Notes under the pieces: model-generated | Database searches by the model: none | What the model was told of the DNA's origin: nothing | What the model saw: the letters and a program-made list of their open reading frames with translations, nothing else | DNA from: Anthoceros angustus | Lineage: Eukaryota; Plantae; Anthocerotophyta | Reading direction: 5' to 3' | Assembly: GCA_010909165.1 (NCBI GenBank) | Contig: MU008182.1 | Span: forward strand, 186,001 to 250,000 | DNA: 64,000 bases | Made by a program: the position numbers and the translations under genes | Shown: positions 12,190-26,169 of the stretch, piece by piece | Numbering within the stretch: position 1 is the first letter of the stretch | How the letters are laid out: the number at the start of each line of letters is the position of its first letter

Positions 12190-15100
12190 GGGTGGATTGA
12201 AGATTGGAATCCTTGGTACGTAAACAAAGGCAAACCACATTTTGGGCACCGGCTTCGCAAAACCGTCATGGTTTGCGGCCATACCAAATCTTTGCACAAG
12301 AACAACAAGCGAGCACACTCACCTCCACGTCAAACTCCTATCTTCATTGAGCTCTTGTGCATGAAGAACTCGCCTTCATATACCTCCACATCCGGCTCCA
12401 TGGCTCCTTGTCGAATAGGTACCCATGTGATCGCCCGCCAACAAGGCATGAAGTCGTCCTCCGCCAAGGTGAAGCGGGCCTCAGCGATCATGTCCGCGCC
12501 TCGAGTGGTAGTAATGGCCTTCGTCATTCACTTTGAAATCTGCATATGCGACAAAATGGTCCACTGTTGAGTGAACAAAACCCTCGTGATACACAGCAGA
12601 AGTTTGCCCCATCAATTCTTCACAATAGTGACAATGCCACATCTTGTAGATGGGGCTGTAAGCATGGACCTTAACGCATGCAGGCGATCCACGGAAGGTA
12701 CAGCGTTGATCCCAATAGGGCCCCTCTCGCGCATATATGTGTTTCCCCATCCACTTGTGAAATTGTGCCTCCTCCGCAATGGCGTCCATAAGTTCCCACC
12801 AATCCAATCACCTTGTTGGGTGCCGAGGTAATTTCTCCAAATTGGGCCACCTACGCACCACGAAGTGTGAACAAGTGCTCTCCCAACATGGCGTCACAAT
12901 ACAATTTCTCCCTTAGCCCGCCTATCTACGCTGGCGATGGGGCTGGAGTGTCGGCTGATTCCGCCTACCGGTGGCAACTGGTCCCTCATACAGGCCAAGG
13001 CTCCAATCGGATGATCCGCGAGGCGGCGCCTTCCCGAGATCTCGCTGTTAATGGCCAAGGTTCTGTTCGGGCTGGCCAACAAGTGGGCCCCTCATCCGTT
13101 GCCTTAAACCCAACCCTGGCCAGTGGCCATGGTCTTCCGACCCTATCTCGGCCATGGCCACGGCTGAGGCCATGGTTTGCGCCATACCAAATCTTGCCAA
13201 GAACAACAACAGCGGCACACTCACCTCCACGTCAAACTCCTATCTTCATTGAGCTCTTGTGCATGAAGAACTCGCCTTCATATACCTCCGCATCCGGCTC
13301 CATGAGCTCCTTATTCGAATAGGTACCCATGTGATCGCCCGCCAACAAGGCATGAAGTCGTCCTCCGGCCAAGGTGAAGCGGGCCTCAGCGATCATGTCT
13401 GCCGCCTCCGAGTAGGGCGTAATGGCCTTCGTCATTCACTTTGAAATCTGCATATGCGCAAAATGGTCCACCACAGTGAGTGAACAAAACCCTCGGATAC
13501 ACAGAAGTTTGCCCCATCAATTCTTTGCAATAGTGACAATGCCACATCGTAGATGGGGTAAGCATGGACCTTAACATAATCTGGGCCATCCACGGAAGGT
13601 AGACGTTGATCCCAATAGGGCCCCTCTCGCGCACATATGTGTTTCCCCATCCACTTGTGAAATTGTGCCTCCTCCGCAATGGCGTCCATAAGTTCCCACC
13701 AATCCAATCGCCTTGTTGGGTGCCGAGGTAATTTCTCCAAATTGGGCCACCTTACGCACCACGGAAGTGTGAACAAGTGCTCTCCCAACATGGCGTCACA
13801 ATACAATTTCTCCCTTGCGGTCTCAAATCGGCGGCGATGTGTTCACGCCAATTCTCTCGGAGTGCCTCAAGCTTGGTGCACGAATATTGCGAGCTCCTTT
13901 GCTCCTTGTAAAGGAATTTTGTGCCTACCGCAAGCCAACATAGTGTCCGTAGAGAGGAAGCTCATGGCTCTGAGTGCTTGGTAGAGGGCTTGCTCCTCGT
14001 GAGCACCTCGACGAGTTGCTCCCCTGTGAATGGTTGTGAAATTGCTTTGCTTTGGGTGTGTGGCGATACCCAAGGATCTCTCTCCGAGGGTAGACTATAG
14101 GGAAAGACTCCCTGGAGGTTCTGTCGACCCTAAGCCGCCGGAGGGAGCGAAAGGAGAGAAGGGAGCTGAAGAGGAAGAAGAACGGAGAGAGTACTACGGA
14201 TACGGAGGAGGGTAGTCAAGCAAGGGAGGTGGCGGAAGATCCAGCCAAGGAGGGGAGTTGAACTGGGCAACTCACGAGGAATCGCCGTGAGAAATTCCCC
14301 GAGATTGAGGGGAAGCGACTCCACCCAAGGCACCACCCCGCCTCCTGAAGGGTCCGAGAGGTAACGGAGATGCTTCAGGAGGAACCGACAGATCCGGAGA
14401 GGTGAAGCACAAACAAGACTACTAGAAACTGCTGCGTATGTAACGCTTTTGTTGTAGTTCTTGTTATGGTGATCAAAACGCTATAACGGATGGTATGGGA
14501 GAGACTCACACACAAGCCTAACTTTGTTACATTGTCTCACATTTCTCTACTTGAATGGGTGCATGCTTCCTCCAACCGCACCGTCCCTCTTTCTCACTTA
14601 TCTATAGTAAAAATAGTTTCACTACTTGGTACACGGAGGTCCCAGTTCTAGTTCCATTGTCGATCGGGCCCGTGAACTCCCTTGTAATTATGTTCATCCA
14701 AGCCCTCCCCACGCGTGGTCCGCAGCCTCTTGTCATGCTCGCTTTTTCATGCACCTTCCCTTAAAATATCTTTGGAAACCTCACGCCACATCCACTTGGT
14801 GGGTTCCACTCTGCTCGCACCGGGTGGGCGGGTTCTCCACACGCGAGACGCTTTGGCCTGCTTTTGTCTTGTCTGGGTATCCGGGCCCGGGCGTGCCTTG
14901 TGGAAAACCGTGACATGGTGATGTTGTTCGGTACCCTAAAACCGTATTTTCGGAAGTGGCATGTAATGCGATCCAACCCATACGAGATGGACAATGTACC
15001 ACAGACGGGTTAGTCATACAGTCACGCTACTATGGATGTCCGCTGATGGTGAGGATAACAGGATCATGATTCGATTGTCACCGAATACATTGTTGTTCTT

Positions 15101-18100
15101 AGAAGGTAAGCGACCCAGCTATTGAGTAGTGAAGATGGAGACAAAAGCGAGCTATGGGCTTGAGTCCTCGGAATGGCGGCGCCACACGCACACGCATACA
15201 ACATCGCACTCCCACACGCCGTGCTTCCAATGGTGGATTGAAGATTGGAATCCTTGGTAAACGTAAACAAAGGCAAACCACATTTTGGAGCCGTCGGCTT
15301 TCGCAAAACCGTCATGGTTTGCGCCATACCAAATCTTGCCAAGAACAACAACGGGCACACTCACCTCCCCACGCCAAACTCCTATCTTCATTGAGCTCTT
15401 GTGCATGAAGAACTCGCCTTCATATACCTCCATCCAGCTCCGCAAGGCTCCTTATTCGAATAGGTACCCATGTGATCGCCCGCCAACAAGGCATGAAGTC
15501 GTCCTCCGGCCAAGGTGAAGCAGGCCTCAACGATCATGTCCGCCTCCGAGTGGTAATGGCCTTCACATTCACTTTGAAATCAGATATAAAGAAAATGGTC
15601 CACCACGTGAGTGAACAAAACCCTCGATGATACACTGTAGAAGTTTGCCCCATCCAATGTTAGCTCATCGACAATATAACAAGGTTAAATGCATTCTGGT
15701 TGGCATCGACACGGAAAGCTGGGTGTCGTGGTATGTGAGAGGTGGCGGCGTTCTGGCCCAGTGGGCATTTGAAGTCGCTATTGTGAAAATCCACACTGTG
15801 TGTGACAGATAGATGCCGCCCATGAGAATACGACCGTGGAGATGCAGAGTGCGTTGTTGGCGTCCCATCCTTCTCATCAACGAGCATGATACCCGGCATG
15901 TCGTGCGGGGAAAGTGAGCGGTGCCCTCAATGCGACTTTCTATGGGCAGCGATTAACATTCTTGAGGCGGTGGGGTATTTTCAGTTTGAACCATCGTTGC
16001 AATGCGCGTATCACGAATCCGGACTTGACGCATACTATGTCCATGCCACGCTGCGAACATAGCAACACCCATCCCTGCACACATTTCACAGCAACATTGT
16101 GAGGAAACTATCCGTCGTTGGTATCGTGAAGCGGTGAGTGCCGTGGAATATGCAAGCATGTTCTCCCTACTTGATTACGTGACTTGTTTAAGGTTATGCA
16201 TCTCATTTATTTTTTTCGGGCTTTCAATGCAGCGCGTAGGAATTTGCCGGTCCCGCCCATTCACGAGGATGAGCGTGGGCATGCCGTCATTTGATAAGGT
16301 GCGGTTTGAATCCATCGATGAGCAACACATGTCTCCTCCACTCGGCGACATCAATACGCCACGCAACGGATGTATTAATTTATGCCCACCCACCGCATTG
16401 AGCGGTGAGCGAACGCTTGATGGCGGGCGGGCACATGGTGTGGATGATGTGGACCATGATGACATGGCGGTTGGGATCCCCAACAAGTGCCAGCGATGAC
16501 ACGGCGGCCGGGCGGAAACACCATTGTTCACAGTTGCAACATTGCGCCACGAAACTTCTCTCGCTGCGACGCTCCTATCAATCCAATCGCCTTGTTGGGT
16601 GCCGAGGTAATTTCTCCAAATTGGGCCACCTTCCGCACCACCGAAGTGTGAACAAGTGCTCTCCCAACATGGCGTCTGCAATACAATTTCTCCCTTGCGT
16701 CTCAAATCGAGGGGCGGATGTGTTCACGCCAATTCTCTCGGAGTGCCTCAATTGGTGCACGAATATTGCGAGCTCCTTTGCTCGACCTAGGAACCCAAGA
16801 CCCAACCTTTCAAGCTCCCAAACTTTCCCGTTCGGCCGATCTCGGAGCAGCCGAGCATCATCCTCCAAACTTGCTCTTGTGACAAACCGATGATGCATTT
16901 CCGGCAACCCTGCGCCTCCATGACTTGGAGCACCCACCTACCCTCTCCCCTCCCCACACATATGGGGTGTGCACATCTCAGTCGCCCACGCACACCTTCT
17001 CATCGCTTCCACCGCCCGAGGCTGCACTCCAAATTGGCAGCGACATGCATGCCATCCCAGTTTGGTGGAGTTGTCGCCGGTCGGACTCGAACCCGAATGT
17101 GGCCATCACAAGCGTGCCGTCGTGCCGCCAGCGGTACTCTATGGGCGGGTTCGCCATTGCCAATGATACCATGCTCCATGTGTTGGGTGTATGTAATTGG
17201 TGAGACGATTCGGGCTAGTAAGGCTCTGTTTGGTGTGCCATCCATGGCGGTCCGGTGGATTCGCGAGAAATGTAAGGTAAGCCGGCGGTGCGCATATGCA
17301 AGCAAGTGTGCGGCAAATAGAAGGGAGTCAACCTCGGTGACAAACACGCTTTAGTCTTGGTGAACTTTGGGAAGGCAATGCTTTTCCATCTTTACTTCAA
17401 TTCAACAACTTCTTACACACACACCTTTGTGGAAGTGCTACAAAACTCCACGGGACATCCTGCAGTCGGCGATTCCGGCTACTGTGTGCACTTGTTGTCG
17501 GTCGTCATGGCATGTTCCCCCGCGTGTGCCCTACTGCAGAAATAAACACCTAGGATACCGGCATCTGCCACTTGCAACGTCTTGGCAAGCGGCTAGTGCG
17601 GGCTTGCAATCGTCGGCGCGAGTTTGGAATGCTTGTCTTCAAATGGAGGTTGCGGCCTTCTCGCCACATTGTGGCCGTGTCTTTGGTGATGTTAGCTCCA
17701 TGTCTTGGCTGTGGAAAACTCTTCTCATGCACATCTTCGCATATGAGGAGAACTCGGGCGTTGTTGCGGCGATAGCCTTCCGATGGGAACGGAAAGAATC
17801 GATCGCCGACTATACGTGTTGGCAAAATCTACCAATGCCTCGTACCACGGGGCATTGGCGTGTGGTAATGCAGCCATCTCCTCAAGCCCGACAGTGATGC
17901 CATCCAATGTTAGCTGTCCATCGACAATATAACAAGGTTAAATACATTGCTGGTTGGCATCGACGGAAAGCGATGGGTGCGTGGTATGTGAGAGAGGTGG
18001 CGTTCGGCCCTGCAGGCATTTGAAGTCGCTATTGTGAACATCCACATTTTGTGTGAGATAGATGCCGCCCATGAGAATACGAACGTGGAAGCGAGTGCGT

Positions 18101-18370
18101 TGTTGGCGTCCCCATCCTTCTCATCAACGAGCGATACGGCATGTCATCCGGAGAAAGTGGCGGTGCCCTCCAATGCGACTTTCTATGGACGACCACGGCC
18201 GTGATTAACATTCTTGAGCCGGGTGGGGTATTTGAGTTTGAACCATCAGTTGCAATGCCGTATCGGAATCCGGACTTGACGCACATGCTATGTCCATGCC
18301 TGCCGCTGCGAACATAGCAACACCCATCCGCACACATTTCACGGCAACATTGTGAGGAAACTATCCGTCA
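12190..18370 (-). pseudogene. Unidentified cargo ORF(s) in CACTA I, fragmented and partly duplicated
   Basis: Protein-like minus-strand segments join across duplicated blocks: RAKELAIFVHQLRHSERIG...CDAMLGEHLFTL...DWWELMDAIAEEAQFHKWMGKH...MWHCHYCEELMG...MIAEARFTLAEDDFMPCWRAITW. No family recognised. Confidence 0.4.
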
Positions 18371-18479
18371 TTGGTATCGTGAAGCGGTGAGTGCCGTGGA
18401 ATATGCAAGCATGTTCTCCCTACTTGATTACGTGACTTGTTTAAGGGTTATGCATCTCATTTATTTTTTTTGGGCTTTC

Positions 18480-21270
18480 AATGCAGCGCGTAGGAATTTG
18501 CCGGTCCCAGTCCTCGCCCATTCCTAAGGAGGAGACGCGTGGGCATGCCACCGTCATTCCACCTGCAATAAGGTGCGGGTTGAATCCCTCTGATGAGCAA
18601 CACATGTCTCCTCCACTCGGCGACATCAATACGCCACAGCAACCAGATGTATTAATTTATGCCCACCGCATTGAGCGGTGAGAAGCGAACGCTTCGATGT
18701 CGGGCGGGCACATGGTGTGGATGATGTGGACATCGATGACAGATGGCGGTTGGGATCCCCAACAAGTGCCAGCGATGACACGACCGGAATTGCCGCGGAA
18801 ACACCATTGTTCAGTTGCAACATTGCGTAGCGAAACTTCTCTCAACTGCGACATACTCCTATCAATCCAATCCAAGTTCGGTATATCGATGTTGCCATGA
18901 CATATTGAGGCTCTTGGCATCACTTGCGCCATCGGAAACTCGCCACGGTCCATGGCGGAGGCAAAGAAAACCCTATATATGTTTGGGCCCAAGGTCAAAA
19001 GATTCACGCTTTGTGTTAATATTTGCTTTTCCGTGGACCATATGCTTGGAAATTTGCGAAATGTGCATCGGCCGGATATGTATCCGCAGGTCTACCAAAT
19101 GGTACTAGGAGTACCCGAAAAGTCCTCGCATTTTCCCTCAAGTCTAGGGTGACTCGTATGTTTTGCCCAGACAATGCGCTCATGACTTCGTGCGTGACAA
19201 TGCGGGCGTGGATGGTTCCATGGGCATCATGGCCGATACACACCATGGGGCTGGATGGGTTGGACGGTTTTGGCTTGGAACCGCGAAATATTCGTTTGCT
19301 CTTACCAGATGGGTTTAATCCTTTTGGGCATAAGTCTACATCCCATTCCATTTGGCTGTGTTCTTGGTTGTGCACAACTACCACCATGGTTGAGTCTGTC
19401 TCAATATCATAATGCCAATTATAGTGCGGGGCCCCACATTGTCCCGAATTTCGATGTCTACATGGAGCCACTATTGCAGGAGTTGAGTGACCTTTGGAGT
19501 GGGATACCAATGGAAGACTTCTCTGGCCGGAAGGCAGCCCACAGCGGAAATTCCGCTTGCGTGCAGCTATTTTGCACACGATAGCTGATTACCCGAGCTT
19601 GGGAACATTGTCGGGGTTTGGTGAAAGGGTCAGAGCATGTATGGAATGTTGGGATGCATTAGGATCCCGATGGGCACCTTCAAAAGGAGGTATATCTGGA
19701 TGGCTGCCACCCAACCACCCCATGCGTCGCCTTCATTCATATGTACAATGGCGAAGTGGAAAGGCGCCACTACCACACGCACCAACTTATGCCACGGTCA
19801 TCTCCGACATGGAACATAGGGAGAAAGCAACATCGAGGAGTTGAGGGGCGAGGGTTGTTCGGCCGTCACGTGGTTCAAATATTTACCATATTGGAGGGAT
19901 ATAAGTGGGCATGAAGGATGTGATGCACGTTGAAAGAAACAATGCGGAGACTATCGGCACACTCTAACAGGAGAAAAGGATGACTTGAAATCCGGTTGGA
20001 CATGGAAGAATACGGTGGGAAGCACGACTTGTGGCCTCGTGGAGCCAATAGGGACCAATATACTCGGCGTATGTGTTATCGTCTCGGACTTGGAGAAGGT
20101 TATGAAGGAAATGCAAGCAATCAAACTACCCACGGATATGCTTCTACATCGCAAAAAGCTAGCTTGGCAAAGTGGGAGTTTAAAAGCACACGATTGGCAT
20201 GTACTAATGGAAATATACTTCCCAATTGTTTTAAGGGAAGAATTAAACCAGATGTGTACAAGGCGGTGGCGGGTTGAGCAAACTTTATCGGTGGATATGC
20301 CAGTGAGAATCCGGGGCATGAGGTGGGAAGAATGCAAGCGAGTGCATCAAAGTCATGCGACTTGGAGAGGGAATTCCCACCTAAATTGTTTGATATTTCC
20401 ACCCACCTCATTATTCATCTTGTGGATGAGGTCGCACTTGGCCTGTTCATGTCGGATGGATGTATCCGGTTGAAAGATATCTAGGAAGGAGGAAGGAAGA
20501 CATCCGACAACGCAAAGAAACCGAGGAAGCATGGCGAGGGTATGTTCGAGAGGAGGTCATGTTTGCAAAGGCTTACCTTCATCATCCAAAAAGCCCATAT
20601 TTACGGTGAGAAAGATGAGCCTGACGGTGAACCGTTAGGAATGGGCAAGCCATACAAGTTCACGCGTCGAGCTCCACCAGTCCACAATTTTGTGTTGAGA
20701 CACACGATGGTTCTTGACCCCTTCCTCGACTTTACAACGAAGAGGTCATGGATGTTGATGATGAAGGCAGCAATCTTTCGCGCGTGGGTTCATCTTGGCG
20801 GGGATTCGGAAGGTGGGAGTCATCTGTGCCTGCTGCGATGTTGCGCCATAATGGATGGGCCTTCTATTTGGCGACTACTTATAGGCACATGTGGAGCAAT
20901 GGTAGCCACTCGCACCTTTGCGGAAGACCATCCGAGACGGAGTTTGTACAAAGTATGTCATGGGAGAGGTGTGGACATACTATGGCAATGTAGCGGAAAT
21001 AATTCGAGTGCGGTTGCAAGCGGATTAATGGTCCTTAAGGTCAAGTGGTTTGAGTGTAATCCAAGTGGGAGATCCCAATCCATTCGCGAAACTTACGGTG
21101 GATTTGATCTCGTGTTCCGGAAAACGCACATATGTTGCGATGGAGTTGACACCCCTTTCATATGGCCACATCAAGTTACAATGCATATTCCATCTTTGAA
21201 GCACGGGAGAATAGAGGTGGGCTTTAGCGGACGCTGCTGCAGCGTGGGTGGAGAAGGCAGTCGACAATAA
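18480..21270 (+). pseudogene. CACTA transposase TnpD/Tnp2 (Transposase_21, DUF4218 and DUF4216-type regions), frameshifted
   Basis: Motifs NIRLLLPDGFNPF, FDVYMEPLLQELSDLWSG, FRLRAAILHTIADYPSLGTLSG, DVMHVERN (~19918-19941), LKAHDWHVLME, FDISTHLIIHLVDEV and VLKVKWF...PFIWPHQV. Confidence 0.92.
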
Positions 21271-22959
21271 TGACTCGGGGCTTCATAGAATTTTCTTCTT
21301 ATGCGACTTGAGTTGGAACATACATATGAACATGGGTTTCCATATACAAAAAAAAAAACCAAGGCCGGGTATGCGCGTCATTGGGACCACCGCCACCGCT
21401 CTAAGGCGTGTTATCGCCATCTGACCGAGTATAGGACCCACCATGCGCTCTTCTCCAAACCATTCGCAATGGGGAGATCCGGCAGTCCATCCAATGTGTA
21501 ATATCTAGCAACAATGACCCACCTCCAGACACGCCTCCATCCAAAACCTCGCCTGCAAAAGTTGCAAGCCATCGTCGCGCGTCTTCATCGCAGTTGGGGC
21601 GTGGTGGGCGGCGGTGTGCGTCCACGTTTGGCGTATGGTGCCCTCCACCTCGGCAAGAAATTGGGCTATCCGTTGCTTCCATCCGGCTGCGCCATGCCCA
21701 TTACACTCCGCACAAAGCCGCAAACCATAAGATACGAAGAAACGACATCAAGCCGCATAAAAATATGGCCGACAATTGAGAACGGCTCGCAAATCAAGCG
21801 TAGAATCGACCGCAGTCTTCAATGCGAAACCGGAGGGCAAATGGGTGGGAGGAGGCGAAATGGAAGCCTTATATCCGAGAAAGGCTGCAATTATGACGGC
21901 ATGGAGGATGGACTCATTGGCTGGCGCTACTCGGACAAGTGTGAAGCGTGCATGGAAATATTATTCCCCCTGCCCGTCTGCATTGAGAACGCGCTTTCCA
22001 TTTTAATGTTCGATCATACAATGCTATATACCATGTTTGAGGAGAGGTGTCCTTGGAACATGGTCTTTTCCCAACAAGATACCATGTCATGGAACCATGA
22101 TATTTCCATACCATGCTCCTTGGAACATGGGGATGTCATGATACTCATACATAGGGCGGAAATTATGCATTTGTGTATGTACCTTGTTCCTTGGACCATG
22201 GTATTTGCAAACCATGTCGGGGACATGGTGATGGCATGAGGAAGTTCCTTGGTTGATGGGTTCGATGCCTATATATGTCATGCTATATATATACCGGTAA
22301 CGGCGATGAATGGCATATTGAATGTCACGACAACCGCGATTCTGCACTCACTACTAGGAAAGTATACTTTTACTAATTGCGCTTTTACAACAGGGTGCAT
22401 TTTACCACGATCGCCCATTTTACACGCCAATTGAAGGCACCGCTTTCAAGTCCATGTATTATTTTCAAGTATAGCCCGAATTTACTAAACCTCATTCCAA
22501 CTTTATTGTTGTTTGTTTTGCCAAAGGCGCAATTGACGGCAAAACAAAATGGATTTACTACGGGGCACTTGTTACTTACAACAGCTTATGGATGTTACAA
22601 CGATGGCATGTTTGTTTACTACGGCCATCAATTTACTACATGACTTTCTCCATTACAACGGGTTCTTTTACAACATGCCAATGGTATTTTACAACATCCC
22701 ATAGTTTACTACACCTAGAGTTTACAACAAGACTTTACGACGAGTACCGTCTTTACAAAGACTAATTTAGAATGGGTTTTGATGATAAACCACGCCTTAT
22801 TACCCTAAAAGAAAAATCGAGAGGTAACCGTGTACATCGCTTAAGGCTTGGGCTAGGCGACCAGAAACGAGAACAAAGGGGCCGACAGCGGGACAAGCTG
22901 AAAATCCTCCATCGATCATCTCCACATCGCTGCTGAGCCTCAGTAGTAGACTTGCAAAA

Positions 22960-23200
22960 GTGTCAAGTGCTTCAATCCAATCAAGGAAGCCACAACCTAG
23001 GTCCGGGCGCTCGATGGAGCCCGAGAGGGCAATTTCCATGAAGCATCGCCCATCTCCATTACCCGCCTCTTGAAATCCAAGGCCTCCGCCAGATTGGGGC
23101 GGGCCGGTCGCATCCTCATCTCGACGTGTGTGGGTCGCAGAAGCCTCCGATTCGACCAGCTCGCTCCATGTCCGCGATAAATCTTAGGCACTCCGCCGCC
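22960..23200 (-). pseudogene. Degenerate GRF-type zinc-finger fragment
   Basis: PKIY(R/C)GHG ... GRCFM.(C)P ... PDLGCGFLDWIE resembles the GRF consensus C.C/HG...GR.F..C...C.FF.W.D; frameshift repair is needed. Confidence 0.5.
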
Positions 23201-26169
23201 CACCGCCATCCGGAGGGCCATTTCCTCCAGACATTGGGAAGCCGTTCTTCCTTGCCTCACCGCTTCAAAGCCGTTGTGAGGAGCAAGAAGGAACCATGAA
23301 GCAGTCGAGCAAAATTCACCTTTGCGCGCGAGGGCAAGGAAGAACTTAAGGCCATGCAAATCTAGGAGAATAAGAAGGCTGGATTCGGGCTTCGGAAGAC
23401 CAAAACGCACCATGCAACCGCCGAGTCGAAACAAGCAATGCCTCCATTTATGCCCATCCGCACTAATGGATGCCACGCAGAAACGAGTGGATTCAATGAC
23501 GTCCATTATGAAATGCCCGCGTGCCTTTAGACAAGTGATGTAATCGAGAGCCGGATGGTGTGCAAAATCGGAGTGGTCAACAAGATTCGCTTTCACAAAC
23601 CATAAACCCTAGTTACATATCCCGCCATGGAGGCATATATAGCCATGGAAACCCAAGTCTCCTTGGCTTTCGGGTTAGGGTTAGGGTACACCTTAACCCA
23701 TGGAAACATGAGTTAGGGTTTGGTTACACCAAGCCCAAGGAAAACTTGAGTTAGGGTTTGGTTAAAATATCCTTCGCTTGCCGTAATCATCGGAACCGCT
23801 TGCCGATAATGTGCGCACATCTGGAATTGGGCTCGCATCGACGAGGAGGATGGGCGCGGGGCCCCTATGGTGTCCAAGTGTGACCAATGGCGCATGCCAT
23901 GTGCACCCAAATGCAACAGCGTTACATCGCCACATGGGCGGCGTCGAGCTTGATCTCGATCGCGTTCAACACGATCGATGAAAGTGCCCGATCTTGCTCT
24001 CAAGTGGTCAGATGTGGACACTTTAGGGTCGACCGAGTTTCCTTGGACTTTGAGTTCGTGAATCCATGGTTTGACGAACCATGGTTAACAAAACCATGGT
24101 TAACAAAACCCATCGAAAATTCAAATAACATTTCCTTGGGCTTCGGAGCCGTGGTCGGTCTGGATGGTGAAGTTGCCATGGGCACCAAAATCCAAGGACA
24201 CTCACGCCCGGATTGGACTTAGGGTGAAAGAAACAAAATTACATGGCCTATATATAGGCTCATGAAATGGGTTTCCTTGGCTCATGAAAATTGCAAAACT
24301 TTTCCTTGACTTCAAAAGCAAATAACGACTCCTTGGGCTTCAAAGCCGAGTTTGGGTCGGATGGTGAACTTGGGTACCAAAGGCCAAGGACCTTACGCCT
24401 ATATATGGACCGTAAATAATGGATAATAAACCTGTAGTTTGAGTTGGTTTCCGCCATGTTACATCCGCGAAATGAAACTTGTATTGCCTCGCCAGGCCAG
24501 ACGAAGTCCATGTGACTTTGTTCGTCCTCTCTTCTCCCTTGTTCTACTACTTCTCGCCGCAGGGGTTTCACACACCGTGACAACCCTACTTTGAAATTCT
24601 TACTACGCATCGCGCCAGATGGAGGACACATAAGCGTGGTCTAAACCGGCTAAGGTTGAGGTATGTTCTCCTTTTTTCCTCCGCCTAACTGTGCGACCTT
24701 TCCAAAGCTCCGTGAATCATGCCGTCTTGTGTCAGAGATGCCTAAAACGACGAGGAAGATTCAACTGAGCGGAGCCCGATGAGACCGCGCGTGGCGCATT
24801 AGTAGAGGAGATGTACCGTGGAGGCCACGGGACTGGACTAGGCTGGACCCAACTGAATTCACGGAACTCGAAGCCGCAAATTGCTCGCACACACCGGAGA
24901 GCCCAAGGGCAAGTGTGAAAAGAGCTGGGCAAAGTCTCTTGTCAAGATGCCGGGGGAAAGGAGGAGGAGGACTTTGATTTGCCTCTCAAGGCTTCCGGAC
25001 GCGGCAATGGAACAAGAGGGAGGGGAAAGCGCGGTGGGCAAGTTAAGGGTAAGTTCCTCCGTGGGTGGGAGGGTCAGGATGGCGCCGGGAGACAACGGCG
25101 TGGGACGTCATCTACGCCCGAGCGGGTGAAGGACCAAAAACGCGAGCCTGGTCAGCTAGGGCATCAGCCGCCGCATGTTCGGGAGAGGATGAAGACACGA
25201 AAGAGGCCGATTTCACAAGGATGAGTATATTTGAAGAACGGGCATGGGCTCACACCACCTCATAAAATCATGGAGAGCGATCTGACTTGACGAGGAAGGC
25301 GCCTGTGAAGGCAAAAGCGGCGACCAAGATCACCGCCCCGGGCCGCTGGGGACGTATCCTCCTATAGGGGGCTGTGATCGATGCACAAGCTGCAGATGCC
25401 GCAGAGGAGGTGGTTGGGGACAATGCACGGCGCCACCACAGAATACATCCAGAGTGCACCAAGATCCTTCCGCCCAAACCCGCCATGAGCCATACATGCT
25501 GACGTTGAGCGTTACCTTAGCAGTAACCATGATGCACTATTGGTAGAAGTTGAAGAGAACGACCGCTGAACCCGCAGGAGAACGTTAAGAAGCTTGAAGC
25601 TATCAACATGGTACCGGCGTAAGACAACATCGGTGGTCTAATTTTGTGAAGCATGTGAAGAGTGCAGAAGGAGCAAACACTGCACTCCTAAAGCTCAGAG
25701 GACACCCTTCCGATCAAACAAATTGCTCATCTTCAACTAGTCGAGCAGACTTGGAGGGTGGCGACAGGAGCAAGCAAAAGTTGCTATACCGCCGAGGAGA
25801 AGAAGACGCATCTTCCTCATGATGCCGTGGATCGAGGAAGATCATATCATTCCAATGGAATGTCGAGATTTGGACATAAAGTGCTCTAGGGGCCCAAGAG
25901 GAAAAGGGTGCACGATGTCCATCACGGTGCTTGCGCCCACATCCATCCTTCGTAAGCCGCCTTCAATGTTTGATCGGCATTTTTAGTTTTAGCTGAAATT
26001 TCAGCGCAAGATGAAATTTCAGGAAATGTCGCCCGCAAGATGAAGAAATGGCCCCAGATGAAATTTTGAGGCTGAATTTCGCGATGAAATTCTGGCGAAA
26101 TTTCGTGCCGTAGATCTAATGGAGGAGCGGCATCGCTTTATGCCATTTGGAGGCTATGCACTAAACATG

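Noticed and set aside
14417-14460. Independent CACTA left end
   Set aside because: Part of a duplicated block that includes the same gag flank as 10370; the first base is not C and there is no partner end.
23670-23760. Interstitial telomere repeats (TTAGGG)
   Set aside because: Only two or three scattered units within CACTA internal repeats.
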